Shown here one piece after another: positions 51,810-54,913 of a DNA stretch of 54,913 nt (positions are counted from its first letter, which is position 1; each line of letters begins with the position of its first letter). The position numbers and the translations under genes are program-made. Source of the DNA: a virus (taxonomy: Duplodnaviria; Caudoviricetes). Below the pieces are notes generated by a model. The model was not told where the DNA came from. It did no database searches and saw nothing but the letters and a program-made list of their open reading frames with translations. The stretch spans positions 1-54,913 of IMG/VR virus record IMGVR_UViG_3300025131_000048. The stretch is one strand, 5' to 3'.

Positions 51810-53105
51810 ATGACGACAACGACCGACATGACCGACGACACTTCAGACGCCCAGGATGCGCCTGTGAGCCCTTTCAACCTGAACGTGCATATGCACCGAT
51901 TGCTGCTCGACGAGCCTTTCTTCGCTGCACTGTCGCGCCGGATGGACAAGCGGCGAACGACGAGCGTTCCGACTGCCGGGGTCCGCGTGACCGAGGAAGG
52001 CAAGCTGGAGCTTGTCTACAACCCGACGTTTTTCCAGGGGCTCTCCGACGAGGAGCAGCGGGACGTGCTCAAGCACGAATTCTATCACATCGTCTTTCAG
52101 CACGTCACGGGTGGACGCTTCGCGTCTTTCCGCGACCTGACGCCCGAGCAGCGCAAGCGACACAATATTGCGATGGACCTGTCTATCAACTGCCACTTGC
52201 CGAATCTGCCCGAGGGCTGCTGCATGCCGGGTGTTGGTCCCTTCGCGGAGCTTCCGAGCTTCAAGACTGCCGAATGGTACTTGAGCAACCTCCCCGAGTC
52301 CGAAGGTGGCGGCGAAGGTGGCGGCGAAGGCGGCGGCGAGGGTGGCGGCGAGGGTGAAGGTCCCGGCGAAGGCGGCGGCAGCGGTCCCTTTGAGGATGGC
52401 GTCTTTGACGACCACGAGGGCTGGGGCGACTGCGACGACCAGTTGAAGCAGATTGCCGAGGAGCGGGTGAAGGATTTTATCAAGGAGGCTGCCGAGGAGG
52501 CGAACAAGACTTCTCGCGGCTGGGGCTCCGTCCCGGCAGACTGCAAGAAGGCTATCATGGACGCTATCAGCAACAAGGTTGACTGGAAGTCCGTCCTGCG
52601 CTACTTCGTCAAGCAGAGTCAGAAGGCTAACAAGCGTTCGACCGTGCGGAAGATTAACAAGCGTTACCCCTACATGCACCCAGGCAAGAAGGCGACCCGG
52701 CGAGCAAAGGTGGCGATTGCCATCGACCAGTCCGGTTCCGTCAGTGATTCGATGCTCGCGGCCTTCTTCGCGGAGCTAAACTCTCTGGCGAAGCTCGCAG
52801 AGTTCACGGTCATTCCGTTCGACACTCGCGTGGACGAATCGAAGAATTGGGTCTGGAAGAAGGGGCAGACGCGCAAGCGTGAGCGGACCATGCACGGTGG
52901 TACCTGCTTCAACGCTCCGACGAACTTCGTCAACGAAAAGGGCGGATTCGATGGGCTCATCGTCCTGACGGACATGGAAGCCCCGAAGCCTGTTCCTTGC
53001 AGGGTGCAACGAATGTGGCTTACCACCGAGTACTACGCGAAGCGACCGTATTTCGACCCGAAGCCCGAAAGGCTCGTGTCCATCCCCGAAAAGGATATGG
53101 AGTAG
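51810..53105 (+). CDS. DUF2201-like metallopeptidase plus VWA protein
   Basis: VPTAGV, HEFYH, NIAMDLSIN, DDHEGW, IDQSGSV, GGTCF, LTD. Confidence 0.85.
   Translation: MTTTTDMTDDTSDAQDAPVSPFNLNVHMHRLLLDEPFFAALSRRMDKRRTTSVPTAGVRVTEEGKLELVYNPTFFQGLSDEEQRDVLKHEFYHIVFQHVTGGRFASFRDLTPEQRKRHNIAMDLSINCHLPNLPEGCCMPGVGPFAELPSFKTAEWYLSNLPESEGGGEGGGEGGGEGGGEGEGPGEGGGSGPFEDGVFDDHEGWGDCDDQLKQIAEERVKDFIKEAAEEANKTSRGWGSVPADCKKAIMDAISNKVDWKSVLRYFVKQSQKANKRSTVRKINKRYPYMHPGKKATRRAKVAIAIDQSGSVSDSMLAAFFAELNSLAKLAEFTVIPFDTRVDESKNWVWKKGQTRKRERTMHGGTCFNAPTNFVNEKGGFDGLIVLTDMEAPKPVPCRVQRMWLTTEYYAKRPYFDPKPERLVSIPEKDME
52302..52380 (+). repeat. 12-bp tandem repeat encoding an EGGG linker
   Basis: (GARGGYGGCGGC)x4 plus degenerate copies. 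Confidence 0.85.
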
Positions 53106-53114
53106 CTCAGAGAG

Positions 53115-53240
53115 TCGCCCTGGAAGGCCCTGACGGGCCGGGATAGGGGTTGGGTATGAAGTCGCCTAATCGGCGGCTCAGAGCCTCTCAGGAGGTTTTG
53201 CGATCCAGGGCGAGAACGACACCCCGGCGAAGCCGGTCGG
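53115..53240 (+). other. Multibranch structured intergenic element
   Basis: 10-bp perfect inverted repeat TCGCCCTGGA/TCCAGGGCGA enclosing three hairpins. Confidence 0.5.
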
Positions 53241-53244
53241 AAGA

Positions 53245-53308
53245 ATTTTTCTTTGAAATAAAAGTTTATTTCCTTGCAATCAGAGCAGAAGTCAGGCATA
53301 ATAGGTAT
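53245..53308 (+). promoter_or_regulatory. Early promoter cassette, leaderless
   Basis: AT-rich tract, then TTGCAA-N17-CATAAT-N6-ATG. Confidence 0.7.
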
Positions 53309-53440
53309 ATGAGTGAGGTGAAGCCAACCCCAGAGCAAGTCAAAGAAGACTTCCGGTCGGCTTTTCCTCTTAACGAGAACAAAAATGCGACCCGGCGCAC
53401 ACCCCGGTGGAGACAACAAAATGGCCGCAGTTCAGTTTAA
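53309..53440 (+). CDS. Small hypothetical protein (43 aa)
   Basis: ATG at the predicted +1. Confidence 0.4.
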   Translation: MSEVKPTPEQVKEDFRSAFPLNENKNATRRTPRWRQQNGRSSV

Positions 53441-53693
53441 TAGCCCGCCCCGAGTCACCCACTCTTTCAGCATGCGCGTCGAGGGCGAAGTGGTTGAGTT
53501 CCGCTTCACTCACGCCCTCGCGCAGACCGCGAACATGCACAAGATTGGTTATCCCAATAGCACGGAGGCTCTCAACAAGTCTCTAGAGGATGCAGCGACC
53601 CGCGCCGTCGAAGCCGGGGCTAGCTCGCTGCATTGGGTTGATTTATACGACGAGCCGAAGGCTTCTGTCCTTCTAAACACGGAGAGCAACTAA
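53421..53693 (+). CDS. Hypothetical protein
   Basis: GGAGA SD. Confidence 0.6.
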   Translation: MAAVQFNSPPRVTHSFSMRVEGEVVEFRFTHALAQTANMHKIGYPNSTEALNKSLEDAATRAVEAGASSLHWVDLYDEPKASVLLNTESN

Positions 53694-53694
53694 A

Positions 53695-54465
53695 ATGACT
53701 TTCAAGCAAGCCCTCGCCGGCAACGGTTTCAAGCCGCACAACAACAAGAGCAAAGAACTTGTTGCCAGCAAGTTTCATTCGTCCATTCGGAACGTCCGAA
53801 TCGTCGTGAACACTGGTACCGACAAGAACACGGGCAAGCCGATTGCCGGCAAGCAGGCACAGTTCAAAGCAGTTTATATCAATAATCAGTCGCAGTGGCG
53901 AACCATCGCTACCGGCTCGTACTTTAAGCCGGGAGCGTTCAAGTCGGAGATTCCCTCAAAGCTGATTGCCATCGAGGCAGGAGCCGAGAGCGCGTCTTCC
54001 TGTAAGTGCGGAGCTAAGAAGTTCAAGGCAAAGTCCGGCAACGTCGTCTGCGCCAACGCATGCTGGGCCAACAAGGGTTGGAGCAGCAAGAAGAAGTGGC
54101 AGGGCACAAAGAAGAATACTTCTCAGCCCCAGAAGCGGACTGCTCGCACTCCCGCAAAGAAGAAGGCAATCCGAGCAGAGATTCTTCAGAAGCGTGCAGA
54201 GGAGAAGAAGGCACAAGAAAAGATTGACGAAGGAAAGTTCACCACTTTCGTTCCAGGTCAGCTTGTCAAGATTGTCGAGCCCCAGCAGAACACCCTGAGC
54301 GACTTCGTTGGAACCGTGATTAAGGTTGAGCATGCGACCGGTCGCCCATCGACCTCAAAGCTCATGAACGTGAGCGTGATGTGGATGCACTCAGGGAAGA
54401 CCTCACGGCACAACAACTACAACGCTGGCACCGGCACCTCGACCTATCTGGTCGCAGTGGCTTAG
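53695..54465 (+). CDS. Basic hypothetical protein with Zn-ribbon and C-terminal SH3-like domain
   Basis: CKCG...CANAC; FVPGQLVK...GTVI...VSVMW. Confidence 0.7.
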   Translation: MTFKQALAGNGFKPHNNKSKELVASKFHSSIRNVRIVVNTGTDKNTGKPIAGKQAQFKAVYINNQSQWRTIATGSYFKPGAFKSEIPSKLIAIEAGAESASSCKCGAKKFKAKSGNVVCANACWANKGWSSKKKWQGTKKNTSQPQKRTARTPAKKKAIRAEILQKRAEEKKAQEKIDEGKFTTFVPGQLVKIVEPQQNTLSDFVGTVIKVEHATGRPSTSKLMNVSVMWMHSGKTSRHNNYNAGTGTSTYLVAVA

Positions 54466-54570
54466 GGGGAACGACGGATGACTGCTCCGCTGGTTTTGTT
54501 TGGGGTGTCCCTTTTAATTATTGCAAAGGTCGCCTTTGGTGTGACCCGCACAAGTACATGAGCTAGCCGC

Positions 54571-54905
54571 GTGAGTCAAGCAGTGAGTTTTGTGAGTTCC
54601 GTGAGCGCCCTGTGAGCCCCGTGAGGCGTGAGCGCAGAAAGCTCACGGTCGAGGAGAGAGAAAGAAAGATATGAGAACCCTCACCCCCAGATACGCAGGC
54701 TACCTAGAAGCCTATAGCCCTCACAGTTCCGACACTGCCCGCGTTGTTGCGGGGAAGCCGGGCGACATGGTGGAGGAGATCACGCGCTGGGTGTGCCTGG
54801 ACACTCACACCACCTGGCTTCTTGTGAGTCTCCGTGAGCGTGAGCCGCGTGAGGACCGTGAGCCCATCGGGTGGCTCCTTGAATCCGAAACTGTGAGCTT
54901 GTGAG
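54571..54905 (+). repeat. Cluster of 14 GTGAG pentamer repeats
   Basis: Copies at 54571, 54583, 54592, 54601, 54612, 54621, 54628, 54824, 54834, 54840, 54849, 54858, 54893 and 54901, with inverted CTCAC copies between the two groups. Confidence 0.85.
54671..54904 (+). CDS. Hypothetical protein (possibly SH3-like)
   Basis: GAGGAG upstream; KPGDMVE. Confidence 0.4.
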   Translation: MRTLTPRYAGYLEAYSPHSSDTARVVAGKPGDMVEEITRWVCLDTHTTWLLVSLREREPREDREPIGWLLESETVSL

Positions 54906-54913
54906 TTCCGCGA

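Noticed and set aside
50477-53026. Long minus-strand ORFs (397, 278 and 159 aa)
   Set aside because: They are antisense shadows of GC3-rich + strand genes and show no motifs or promoters.
1-54913. Stop-codon reassignment
   Set aside because: TAA, TAG and TGA all end conserved genes at the expected positions, coding density is high, and no suppressor tRNA is present.

Overview
This 55-kb window comes from a large tailed dsDNA bacteriophage (jumbo, T4-like gene content). Essentially all genes are on the + strand and use the standard genetic code. Positions 1-35.9 kb hold replication, nucleotide and proteostasis genes: a divergent PolA, a tubulin/FtsZ-like protein, gp32-type SSB, RecA/UvsX, 5'-3' exonuclease, DnaB, class II RNR, DnaE, PurA, dUTPase, IMPDH/GMPR, ClpP, GroEL/GroES and Hsp20. 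Scattered among them are single genes that share a CTA(T/A/G)TTA upstream motif and an E-x(0-1)-W-[RK]/L-x-E leader; these are probably late, head-packaged proteins. Positions 35.9-54.9 kb are an early/host-takeover region with 3 tRNAs (Lys-TTT, Leu-CAA, Ile-TAT), about 20 sigma70-type promoter cassettes (many leaderless) and about 35 tiny paralogous 'GDLV' (SH3/KOW-like) genes. Many of these genes are joined by a repeat that is at once the C-terminus and stop of one gene and the SD, start and N-terminus of the next. That apparently shufflable cassette array is the most unusual element. Two candidate structured non-coding elements and a GTGAG repeat cluster at the right end are also noted. All annotations come from motif recognition by eye; no database searches were run.
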